Shown: positions 13,551 through 25,131 of the stretch, in pieces | Numbering within the stretch: the first letter of the stretch is position 1 | How the letters are laid out: each line of letters begins with the position of its first letter | Source of the DNA: Amoeboaphelidium protococcarum X5 | Taxonomy: Eukaryota; Fungi; Aphelidiomycota | Assembly (NCBI GenBank): GCA_023515725.1 | Contig: JALDTO010000288.1 | Coordinates: forward strand, 62,001-126,000 | Direction of reading: 5' to 3' | DNA: 64,000 nt | The notes under the pieces: generated by a model | The model's database searches: none | Told to the model about the DNA's origin: nothing | The model's input: the letters and a program-made list of their open reading frames with translations, nothing else | Made by a program: the position numbers and the translations under genes

Positions 13551-14870
13551 TCATTCTCTTAGTGCGTCGAGAAAAGTCAAGTCCAGTTTGTGCAGTGCTT
13601 CTTCCACTTCATGCGCACTAATGTTCAATGGCGGAATTATTCGAATCGTCTGAAACGTGGAGCATTTGAGCAACAGAAGATCGTGTCTTATCGCCGTTTG
13701 AGATATCCTCTTTGCTATGCCGTCGCAAGCTGGGTCAAACTCTACACCGATCATTAATCCAAGTCCTCGAATGTCCTAAATTTGAGGATACTTCCGCTTC
13801 AACTCTTGTAGACCAATTCTAAACTGGTTCGCGCGGTCACGAACATTACTCATTATTTAATCATTAATCAGAACGTCAATCGTTGCCACAGCTGCTGCAC
13901 AAGCCACCGCGTTTCCTCCGTAAGTGCCACCCAGTCTGCCTTGTACTTACTGCATATTACCTTTCGCGTTCCTATGTCCAAATGTAGGGCAGTTAACATC
14001 AAGATCTATCAATTATTGTCTGCCACCTACTGCACTTAATGGAAACCCCGACGCTATACCTTTCGCCATTACCAATAAATCTGGTTCGAGGCCGATTGAT
14101 TTATGCTGACACGCAAAATACTCTCCTGTACGGCCAAACCCGGTTTAAACTTCATCAACCACCAGTGGGATACGGTGTTCTCTACATACAGATTACAGAA
14201 ATGACGCAAACTTCTACGTTAATGGCACGTATCCACCTTCACCGAGGACAGGTTCAATCAGAACAGCCGCAACATCGAAAGGATTCACCTGCTAAGACAG
14301 CAACATTTCAAACTGCCTAATACATTGCTCTGATACGTCTTCAGACGTCAGTCGATCACCAAAATGACGCGTGTAAGGATATTCTGCAACATGGACACCA
14401 GGAATCAAAGGGCCGAATCCTGCTTTATATACAGTATCACTCGATGTCAGAGCCATTGTTGCCGCAGTTCTACCATGATATCCGCCTCTAAAGCATATAA
14501 CATTCTAACGCCCAGTCACGTATCTACACATTTTTACAGCATTCTCAACAGCTTCAGCACCGCTATTCACAAACATAAATTTCTCACATGACTTGGGCAC
14601 AATCTATCTCAAAGAATCCATCAATTACAACATCGGCTCATGATATCCCATATTCATTTATGCGTGAATAACTTTATCAACTTGAAGCTTTGCAGCGGCG
14701 ACTACTTTGGGATGACAGTGACCCAGATTAGTGACTCCAATGCCGCAAGCAAGGTCCAACAATCTTCTCCCGTCGTTTGAGTACATGTAACTGCCTTTTC
14801 CGTGTGATATCACAAGCTATTCATCCAAGTGACTGACCGCTTTACTCAACAATGTTTTAGCTTTATTCAT
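13551..14870 (-). CDS. Class III PLP aminotransferase (4-aminobutyrate/acetylornithine aminotransferase-like); frame stays open upstream to ATG at 15143 (possible mitochondrial presequence)
   Basis: [44 protein letters not shown](TAA=Q)[32 protein letters not shown]. Confidence 0.9.
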
Positions 14871-15377
14871 TCCGTTTGATAAAGTATGCACAGATTGATA
14901 TTAATGTGGAGTTGAGCATGTAACGAAACGTCTAGTAAATTGAAAGAGGATGTGAAACAATGACGCGTTATTAGCCTCAATGTCGATAGGAAAGACTCGG
15001 CTTGGGCCTGGCTCGAGTAATGTGTGAAGTGTAGATTAAAATTACCTGAATATAGTTTCCTTGTTAATTGAAGAAATTGCTTTAGTTATCGATTGAAATT
15101 CAGTCAGAGGGTGTGTGGGTTGCTTTGGAAGAGCTGGGTTCATAAACGCGTCTTTGATCTAGCATAGGGAATATGTGGTGTACATTCGCGTCAATTTATA
15201 TGCATTTACAGTGCTGTATACATACACACTATCGTATATGAAAAATTTAGAATATGCAGTCTAGTCTCACCTGATTTGATGTTACAATCTTGAGCAAACA
15301 TCCTATTATTTTAAATTTAACTTCATTAAGTTTCTCTCTTAAATCTAAAGTACAAATTCTATATATTATACACAATT

Positions 15378-16985
15378 ATGTCAGCACAATATGAGAATGA
15401 TGGTAGTTAGCATCCTTATGTTCGGACACATAGAGATCATATTGTGAATACTGCGTCAGATTGTAGTAGCACATTCTAAGGAAGTGTCTTGGCAGAGTAT
15501 CTTGCTTTATATCAACCCGACGATGTTGATTTCAGTGCTGAGCTACTGTAAAATGTGACCCCTAATCAGATATAGGACATGCAAACGGTGTTGATTAATG
15601 TGGAGTAATATTTACTAGCGTGTCTACCATTGAAGATGTGGATGAAGTTGAAGATACTCAGCCTATGGTGATTAAGCTGTTGGAGCATATTATAAAGATG
15701 TTGAAAGTCGATGGTTATAAGTGGGCTTAAGATATAGAAATTCCCAGCAGTACCGCGAACTAGGTGTAATTAAATCCTCTAACACCTAGAGTGTATTGTC
15801 CGCATAGTAGTTAGCCTGACATAATGCTGTAGAAGATTGGACATGAGGATATCATTGGTGCAGTTTGTGAAGTCAAAAGAGATTTTCTACTCTCAGGTCC
15901 TAAATTCTCTAGAGTTGAACCTCATGCGCGTTAGGCTGCGTTATATGGTATCAGTTTTATTCAGAGAGTGTAGCCCATGTTACCTGCGGATACTGTGACA
16001 AGGATATTTGGTGATAAATGGTACTTTTATGTTCCACTTCTGTCTCATAAATCATTGTTCATGATTTGCATTGATTTGACTTTGGCATGCTGCGATAGTA
16101 GAATCTAGCTTAGGTGCTCAGAGCGTTGTAGCGGTCGTGATATGGCTACGATGTTGTCTTCATGGTTTTTATGGGCGCTTTAAGTATAACAAAGACTGGT
16201 TGAGCATTCTGCTGATATTTTATAGCCACATGCTCGACATTGCTGGATCCCTCCTGCTGCGGTATGGGAAGCGTTTTGGAAATTGAAGGCATCTGAATTA
16301 ACAGCGCGTCCGTCATTTTACAACCCCATCTACATTGATTATGAAAATAAGCGTGTGTATAAGTTGTACAGCGTCTGGTCTGGAAATTCGGATGGGACTA
16401 AGCATTCAATACTTAAGGATAAAAATCTGTGTGATGGTTGGGTTTTAAGCCTAAGATCATTATCGATGCCCTTGTACGAAGGCGGTGATCTCCACTCACG
16501 TCCTCCTAATGGAGTTATGCAATTGAGAAGCGTTTTATTGTAGTTGGTTGATATACTGACTGTCGTACTTGATTGACAAGCATCATGTGTGTCATTGCGA
16601 TATCCGTGCTGCTAATATTTGTTGGACAGATGAGGATAAGATTGTGTTGATTGATTACGATCGGGCTACCTATGTCAGGGCAATGCCTTATAACTTTCCC
16701 TCGCGTAATTCTCGTCTAGATCAAAATTATGATATATGGCTGATGGGTGTTATGATATTGTAATGGGCATCTGGTAACTTTAGCAGGGAGTTTGTACTGG
16801 ATAGAAGAACTACGGTGTAATAATTCAAATCGTACTGCAATTTGGATGCTGGTGAAATATATTGGAAGGAAGAATTTGCATAACACAGTGTCATTGTACA
16901 TACAATAGTTGAACACTGCTTATAGCTTTAGTAGCACCGTTGGCTATTGTAGGATTTGAAGTCTTACTTGAAGAACATGATTTGA
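15378..16985 (+). pseudogene. PD-(D/E)XK nuclease + protein kinase-like fusion (Crinkler-type effector), frameshifted copy
   Basis: PDIML...VCEVK...QAALY then HCDIRAANI...VLIDYD; ACTG duplication at 16555-16562 shifts the frame relative to the intact paralog; a second frame break or unrecognised intron near 15600. Confidence 0.7.
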
Positions 16986-17529
16986 CATGAATAAATTGCA
17001 TATTATTTGTTCAGAATATTACCGCGTTGCCCATTCGCACAGTGTCTTCTCGTTTGACCAGAGTTCGATAGTGCTTATAATAATGTATGCAGTAGCTTTT
17101 GTGTTAAATATAGAGTGAAATTATAACTCAAAATGGTAAAATTTATGGCTGAAACAAATAAAAACAATCGCCCGTTTGGGAACAAGTTGATCAAACAACG
17201 ACAGTCTGGATCGGTCCGGGGGAAAGTTTGAAGCCTTGATACAACAAGTTTGATCGATTTTTGATGTAATAATGCTCAATTGATTGATTATTGACACACT
17301 TTGTCTCAATTTTGAGTAGGTAGTGTATTCTCGCTAATTAGATTATTATTCTGCTCATTGAGTACATATTAGAATGACGGTGGATTATTTTAGTGATTCA
17401 GGAAAGTGGCGGAAGTAGTCAGGAGTGAGTGAGTGCAATACAATCGCCGAGTACTAGCGATCGATATAAAATTATGACAAGGTTGTAAAGTCTAATCATT
17501 TGAGAGTTGGTAAGTTGGCGAAAAATAGT

Positions 17530-19626
17530 ATGAAAACTTCATCACCATCATCATCTTCAAGGCTTCTCAAGTAGTTTGTGGCAGTGTTCTTGTTATGCTC
17601 TCTGCTATTCTGGTGTTTCGTTTGTCACTTTGTTCTGTCTCAAGCTGAACGATCCTCGTCATTGTCGGAAGTCTTTTACACGTCGTCGACATCATCGTCA
17701 TCGTCGTCGCAAGAAAGCTTATTGATCAAGCAGCGATAATAATAACAATCGACTGCTCCTTAACAAATTCTGTACAGAATTATTGGAAATGATTTACCGC
17801 CGCGCCACGATGTTAATCAGTCGATCAAGAATTTGTAATTTATGTTGAAACACGAAGAGTTGTTCCCTCATACATAGAAGGTTTTTGTACTTAATCGTAT
17901 AGTTAACCAAGATATTGAAAAGCAGCTGATAAAAATCTTAGAGACTCACATTGCTGAGGTGAGATTGCGAATTTAAAAGCAATCGCGTGGGAATGTAACG
18001 CTTCATGTCCCTTAATTGGTTAGACTACCGTTCCAAATTAATGAATATAAGAAGCTTGGTCAATTTGAGTATTCATAGCTTGAAGATGATTTTTAGTATA
18101 CATAATCTTAGAGAAGTATGAACAATAAGGGAAAGCAGCTCTTGGAAGATTATGTTCGATCGCGAAAGAACCAGTACTTGATGAACAATAATGGTGCGCG
18201 CAACTGGTGTATTGAAGATGGTAACACCAGGCTAGTATTAAATCTTAGGCAGGCACATAATGGTTGGATTCTTCCGCTTGATGGAAATTCTTATATTACT
18301 AGATAAGCGTGGACTGAACTTGGTTAGTGTATCCAAGATGCTCCACGATATGTGGATTATATAATCGTTCCTATGCAGAGAGTTTTGAATAATCAGTTAT
18401 TGTTAGATTCTAAATTTATACCTGAACCGCTTGATGAACCTTAAGTTGTCTTTAGAGCAGGCGCGTCATAACGTTTTGATCCAGATATGCGCTATGGTAG
18501 AAGATCCAAGGTTGAATTGTTATGGAGATTGGGGGTTGTATCTAGGGAGAAGTAGAAGTATTCGTTTATGCCATGGGAGAAATCTGCCTCTTCACCCACT
18601 GTACCAGATCGTTAGGTGATGTATTGTAGCTGGGTGGCGCGTCTCTTTAGTGGTAAAGCTGAGTAAGAGTCAACATCTACCAAGTCCACGACTTCTTCCA
18701 GAGTGAGGAGTTAGAATAGATTGCAGGGCACCTTGAATCTCATTCAGCGCGTTGATTCATAGACTTTTGCCTAGAGCTATTTGCCTTAAGTTTTGATATC
18801 TTCCAATAGCGATGCATTAGAAATAAATTCACGTTCTAGCAGATATCATAGAAAGCCATTAAATTCTATGCTAGTAAGTGGGAGTAAGATTGGGCCGATA
18901 AACTGCCAAATTGAACAAGTGGCAGATAATGATCCGTCTGTGTATACCAACTCTATTCTCAATCGTATCTGGTGCCATGCTCCTTTGCTCAAATCTGATC
19001 ATTCGGGATAGTAATTGAACTCTTTTACTCAGACTATATCTGATTTGAAATCTGATTAGTTTCTGAACAAAGTTTTAAATCTGGCTGCTTTGGATGAATC
19101 TCAGCTGTCTTATATATTGAATTTGAAGATTGATTTATTACTTGATTCTATCCATTTAGTCAAAGATCTAAAGTCGAGCCAAGTAAAGGATGTAGATAGA
19201 GTGTAGTAGGATAGTAAAAATTTATTGGACAAACTCTTTAGAGTACTCAACAGTGCAAGATTCGCGTTTGATCTCTCATTGGAAGACCGATCCAGAATGG
19301 ATTATCAGTTAATCACTATCTTGCACTATCGATAAGATGGACTTCGAATATACGAAGAAACCGATAGATTGCGGTCACGATCTCCCTTAATCATTTCTTT
19401 TTTACAGGCTTTGATTAGAGATGGTAATGATGACACTGAAAAGATTAAAGCTGTGATTGCCTATTTGCGTTGTCTCCAACTCTCACGAAGACTTGGATTC
19501 CATCTTGTAACTGAAGAACTTATGCCAGAGTTCAGAGTTCAACTGTTAAAGTACTATCGCTATCTGGCTAGAAGGCGTATAAGCATGCATTATATTGAAG
19601 GCCTGATTGCAGAAATATTAGAATGA
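17530..19626 (+). CDS. Type II membrane protein with putative glycosyltransferase-like domain (LYRIIGNDLPPRH family), copy 1
   Basis: N-terminal TM, Ser/Gln stem, LYRIIGNDLPPRH, YLMNNNGARN, WILPLDGN, EPQVVFR, RYGRRSKVELLWRLG; ORF fragments share one frame to TGA19624. Confidence 0.7.
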
Positions 19627-19680
19627 ATAAACAAAAGCAATATACAATCATCAATCTTAATGTGGATTCACTATTCATCT

Positions 19681-21363
19681 TCACCTTTTGTCGTTATTTA
19701 AAGGCACCTGATTAGAGGATGGTACAATTTTGGCTTACTGAACAGCGAAACAACTGAGTATATTATGACCTTCAACACTCTACAGTTCCACGCCATCTTC
19801 TATGATTCGCTCTTCTTACAGTGCACAGAGAGCATTTTTAATTTATGCTGCCCACATATCACGCTAATCCTCATTTGCCACGGAGAACATATATGACACT
19901 TTTCTACCGGTTCGTTGATCGCGTTCATTGCATTTCATCTAAAATACATGCTTCTTGAATGGAGGCTCAACTATGACCATCTTGTTCTGAGGTAGACGGG
20001 ATGCTGAGTACTTGTGAGCGGATGAACCCAACTTGAGCAAAGTGATGTACTTTCTACCGGCACTAAGTCCAGATAATCTAAATGTAGCAGTGTTACTCTC
20101 ATTAAAGTCCAGCACTGTGGGGAACGAGCGTAAGCCTTTATGACAGAAGACATGAATGACCAAGTTGGGATCGCGTCTGGGAATGGTGACAGTGCACATA
20201 GTGGTCTTATCCATAATGTATAGGCGAAAGGGAATCTATGACACGGTGATCTCCTCCAATTCCTCAGTATCATGTTCCATCGGGACAGCAACAGACAATT
20301 TATCTCGTGCTATGCTTTGATACATCTAAACAAGAACTTCATTGCTCAGCTCTTGCTCCACGTCATGCAAGCGAAACTTGGCGATAAAATCCGCCACTGA
20401 TATCTTATACCGTCCACTTACGTGACTGCCATCACCGCTATTGTGCATCTCAGAATTAATGACCAAAAGTCCAAACACCAGATTCAAAGTGAGTTGTGGA
20501 GAAGACAGTACACCGCTATTGTCGCCATGATATTTACGCGAGAATCCTTCCAATAGTATATCCATAGCATGAGCATCGCCTGGTGGACGAAAACTGGCAA
20601 AATACAATCGCAGAGCTTGATCTAACCGGAGACCATTAAAGTCGAAACAATTCATGTACTGCTCAAAAATCTCAGCATTATCATCAGAGCTTAGGAATCT
20701 ACCAATACCACACTTATTCAATTAAGGAGTGCCAAAGAGAAACTCTGCGACTGCTACAGCATCTGGATATATGAGTTGCTTCTCGATCAAATAGCTCAGC
20801 CCGTCTTGAGGATGTCGATCAAATTTCTCCAGGGCTTTCCGCATAGTAGCAGAGTTTTTAAATCTATCTGCAGGATCAGAATTTCTATCTAGCCGTATAT
20901 CAAAACTGAATAAATCCAAGATAGTGCGAATCTCGTATAGATTAGTATCATCAACCTGGCTGCTAGTGACGCGATTGTCTTCACTGCCAGCGCTTAATTT
21001 CTTGGCCACTATCAATATATCATTGAACAAGAATAACGACCTCTCCTTGACTAACTGATTATTGATCACCTCCCATACAGATCCTTTGCAAATAAATTTC
21101 CTGAATGGCACCATCAGGCTGTTAACAGAGGTGAGAAATTCTTTATAAATATTTTATGACGACGCATTTACTTATCGCTGACCTTAATTTTGTATTTACT
21201 CATGCTAATTCCGCCTCAGATCATTGTTTGAAATGGATCGAGGAGAGTAAAAGTTGTGGCTATAATACGATTTCCCATCATAACTCTCGCTATAATCCCG
21301 CTATAAAGGCCTGAAATTCTTTTCAAAGTGTTCACTATATTCGTATTACTATTGCTCGTCCAT
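19681..21363 (-). CDS. Sec7-domain ARF guanine-nucleotide exchange factor with PH-like domains, copy 1
   Basis: ERSLFLFNDILIVAK (PH), FDRHPQDG, LNKCGIGRFL, FDFNGLRLDQALRLYF..FRPPGDA, NSEMHN; C-terminal YMFSVANE..RDMW. Confidence 0.85.
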
Positions 21364-21666
21364 TTTAGTCCAAGATACAATTAATATTCATTACTTTATT
21401 GCATTGAAGACAAGATTTGAATCGCGTGAGAGACCAAATCACATGGGATTGGCCATTGCCTCATTGCTCTCTCTATGAGCATTCCTAACTGGTTTTAGAC
21501 TGACACTCGATCTAAAATTACATAGAAGCTTTTATTAAGGGCATTACAAGTTAATATTCGGTATCCTTCAATAATTAATACGTATTAAATTTGGTGATAG
21601 TTCAATGCCTTTGATCGCGTCTCTGTTTAATTTCTCCTTTTCCTTTTAGCGTCAAAAGCTTTGAAA

Positions 21667-22320
21667 ATGTCCAAGACACCATAAGATCACCAATACCAAG
21701 GCACTCTACCTCCGGGATGGACTGCTGTATGGGACGATAATGAGGGGGATTATTATTTCTGGAATAACGAGACCAACGAGACAACATGGGATAATCCAAG
21801 CGCTGTAGAGAAGGATACCGAATCATCTAAAATAAATCACCATTAACCTTCTTAGTCTTTACAAGATGCTGGTAAGTGCTAAATTCCACAATATCAAGAC
21901 TATGTTGTTACTGCATCGTTTAGTGCGCATACTAATAAATTCAAGTCTGATCTTAGTGCTGCATCATTGCCTGCGTAGTAAATCAATTCCTAAGTGACTG
22001 TATCAGACATTTAAAAATCATTACAACAATAAAGTGGCAAGAGACGTCAAAACCAAGGCGCCATGAAGTAAATGAACGCGTTCTTCAACTATGACGAATG
22101 GATCACTTAACGAAACAGTGAAATACATCAACAGACGAGTGATGGATTGAATAGCGTACGCGCCATACCTAACTCATAACAACAATAATAATAATCAGCA
22201 TCTGTAAGGTAAACCAAAGATGGAAAAGTAAAGAAGCCAAGCAAACGGTAAATGAAACGTTTCAGAGAGAAGAAAGCTGTGAAACAGAGCGAGAAGAACA
22301 AATGGCTTTTTGAAGATTGA
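21667..22320 (+). CDS. WW-domain protein, copy 1 (intact)
   Basis: LPPGWTAVWDDNEGDYYFWNNETNETTWDNP; C-terminal QMNAFFNYDEW and KPSKRQMKRFREKK..KWLFED*. Confidence 0.85.
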
Positions 22321-22413
22321 AACGTTCCGCTGATCAGTTTCTCGCTGTGGAGATCTGTCTTCTCTTTACTGTATCGTTGCGACGGAGCTTGAGTTATCCC
22401 AGTATATTAGAGC

Positions 22414-23079
22414 ATGATGTTGAATAAACGTATCTTTATGAGACTAAATTTGTCGCGATAATCTTTGCTTACAAGTTCTAAATTCACACATCAATTCAGA
22501 ACGTATTCAAGTAAGCCACTAGAAGTCCATGATGGACGCGTTTTGTTCATTGATGCGAGTGGTAAAAATAATGGGCTGTGTGATCTCGCCGTTTTGCAAA
22601 AGGCAGTATAGTCTGGGTAATATGGACCTGCTGCCAGTCTCATTAAAGTGTCTGACAATCATAATATGGACGGTCAAATTGTGTCGGTTTATAGAGTACA
22701 GACTAAAGATCAAGAATCTGCCGACGTGTCACCTCGTCTTGCATCACCAACCGTCACAGTGGCGAACAAGGTTAGAAAGTGGAAAGAGGTCAAGATTAGT
22801 GAATCTATTGGAGCTAATGATTTAAACGTAAAGATAAAGCAGATCAAATCGTAGCTGTAATCTGATCATCCAGTCAAAGTAGTGTTGAATGCTGATAAGA
22901 AGCGCAAGAGTTAATTCAGCCTGTCTAAGCCAAACTTTGGACCTGACATTTTGAAATAGATCAAGTAAACATTATCTAGCGATGGCTCTCTGAAAGGCAT
23001 TAAATTCACAGAACCTTCTCGTGTGAATGACTTTTAATGGCTAGCGCAGATCTAGCCATCGGTAAAGAATTAGAAATGA
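22414..23079 (+). CDS. Mitochondrial translation initiation factor IF-3-like, copy 1
   Basis: Arg/Ser-rich presequence; KEVKISESIGANDLNVKIKQIKSQLQSDHPVKVVL resembles the IF3 C-domain. Confidence 0.7.
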
Positions 23080-23272
23080 TTAGGACTCCCGGATTTTAAA
23101 TTCCGCGACTGGATAATGAATGAGCTTTGTATCCTTTTTGTGGACCATTACTGAGGGTAGAAATGTCAGAACACTTTGAATACGCGTCAAATCACTCAAA
23201 AGTTGAAACACCGCGCTTGAATTTATGTAAACACACTTCAAAATCTGTATTCAGCACTCAAAGTAGAGCAAA

Positions 23273-23960
23273 ATGACTTCAAAAAGCTTCTTTCGACACT
23301 CATTTTTCCACCGACAACACTTTAGCGTGAGCCGTTTCACTAATAAACATGCATGTTTCACTCACAATCGAGTAATAAATACCACTTATTAAGTACTTTG
23401 CCACCTCATCCTACTCCGCTGGAACAAATTACGAAATATGATATCAGAAGATGCAGCCAACATCTGACTTTGAGAGAAGTGGACGCGGAAGGTGTTTTTC
23501 GCTAGAATTCGCATCAGATTACTTATATTTCTACAACTTAGGACACTGTCCATAAGAGTGGCAGAAGATAGCCGTATCTAGTCCAATCTGATGATCATCA
23601 TGTAAGATGTTCATGTTTTTACTATGCAAACACGCTTTCTGCAAGCACAAACTGGTAGTGATGTATACATACAATCTGACTTGTGCTCAAATAAGTTCAA
23701 GAGCGTTTGTACGCAATCCCGGGTTAGCGCGTGGTCGAGTTGCGAATAATACACCCGCTCTGTAGCTGCAAGCGGAAAGACTGAGATAGGAGGCAGCTCA
23801 TATGCCTGAGATTGAAGGCCCGCCACCTTAGCGGGCTGATGTGGTGGGATGGAACTAGTACAGCGATGATGATGAGGATGAAGCTGATGAACTATTGCGT
23901 GCTACTAGAAGACGTTTCGAGACCCGTTAGGACGAAATCGAGGAAATTGGTGATGAATGA
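23273..23960 (+). pseudogene. Degenerate SWIM zinc-finger ORF, possible Mutator-like transposase 3' remnant
   Basis: YLV..RCSCFYY / (1-nt shift) KHAFCKHKLVV gives CxC...CKH, followed by RGRVANNTPAL and an acidic tail ending TGA23958. Confidence 0.4.
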
Positions 23961-24399
23961 TGACTTTGACTATTGAACAATTCAGAGGATTAATTATTAT
24001 GTCATTGTTTTTTTTAAATAACGAGCATTTCTAATAAGTTTGTATGGAGACGGTTCATGAGTGAATATTCCTCAGTTTTGAGTGCTGTGTACTTGTTTCA
24101 GAGTGGGAACTCCATGGATTTGGGCGCGTCTTATGCCTTAAGTGCCTCAGCCCTTAAAACAGAGTGCGATCCCAGCGCCGGTAAGTGCGAAATACCTATT
24201 TTTGAGTGCTCGGACGCGATTTCAGAGTGTCGCGCACCGGCCACCATTACTGAGCAGTACTCCGAGATTTTGAGAGGGACATAATCGTTAAACTGTTTTG
24301 AAACGATAATTTTATATTCGAAAATTCTTCCTTTGTTTAAAAGCAACTATATTGGTCAATATTATTCGGGAATTATTACAAGTTGAAAACTAGTTTACA

Positions 24400-25077
24400 A
24401 TGTCACAAGCCTAAGACGATTTTATGGAAAGTTCTGCGGGATAATCTTAGATGGACTTGCATGAATTGAGCACACTGTTTCCTTTCAAACCTGTTGAATA
24501 GAATGATTTAGCGTTGCAGGTGCAATTGACATCTCTCCTCATACGATAGATTAACGATTATGTCGTGATAAGCCTTGATGAAAAGTATCCTTCTACACCG
24601 CCTACTATTAATTTAACTGCTGATATAGTATCCAAGTTTATTCGGTCTCATGATGGGCTCATAATCGCTGAATCGCAAACTCATTAAGTGAACATCAAAA
24701 ACATTTAAGGCAAAGAGTGGACAGAAGATGACTCTGCTGTTGATCTCATTACAAAGCTTAACACTAGAATTCATGCTCTAATGACTCCACCTAATGACCC
24801 CGTCATTATCGATTATGCGTATCCCTCGCACTATCGGGAGCATTTAGGTGTATACTCAATGCCGGTGAACCATAAGTTGCAGAAACTTGTAGTTGAATAT
24901 GATTTCGAGGCTGTGGATGAAAATGAGCTTTCAGTTTCCATCGGAGATGAGATTGAAGTCTTGTTTGAACGCGCAGATGGCTGGGTGGTTGCCTTATCTC
25001 ATGGTATGACTGGGCTGGTCCCGAAGAATCATCTCAAGGTTGAATAGAGTATTAGCAATGGCACCGCTGAGACGTGA
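24400..25077 (+). CDS. UEV/UBC-like domain + SH3 domain protein
   Basis: VISLDEKYPSTPPTI (UBC/UEV/RWD-like YPxxPP) and YDFEAVDENELSVSIGDEI..DGWV..GLVPKNHL (SH3). Confidence 0.75.
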
Positions 25078-25131
25078 AATAAGTGATTTAAATTAACAAA
25101 TTATAATGTATTTTACTAAAATTAGCAGAGA

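Larger units (their letters stand above)
15835..23083 (+). repeat. Inverted segmental duplication, left arm (partner 56690-64000, extends beyond window)
   Basis: Five genes recur in reverse order and orientation; e.g. ORFs 20326-20721 and 59059-59454 translate identically; coordinate sum 79780 across the Sec7 gene. Confidence 0.97.
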
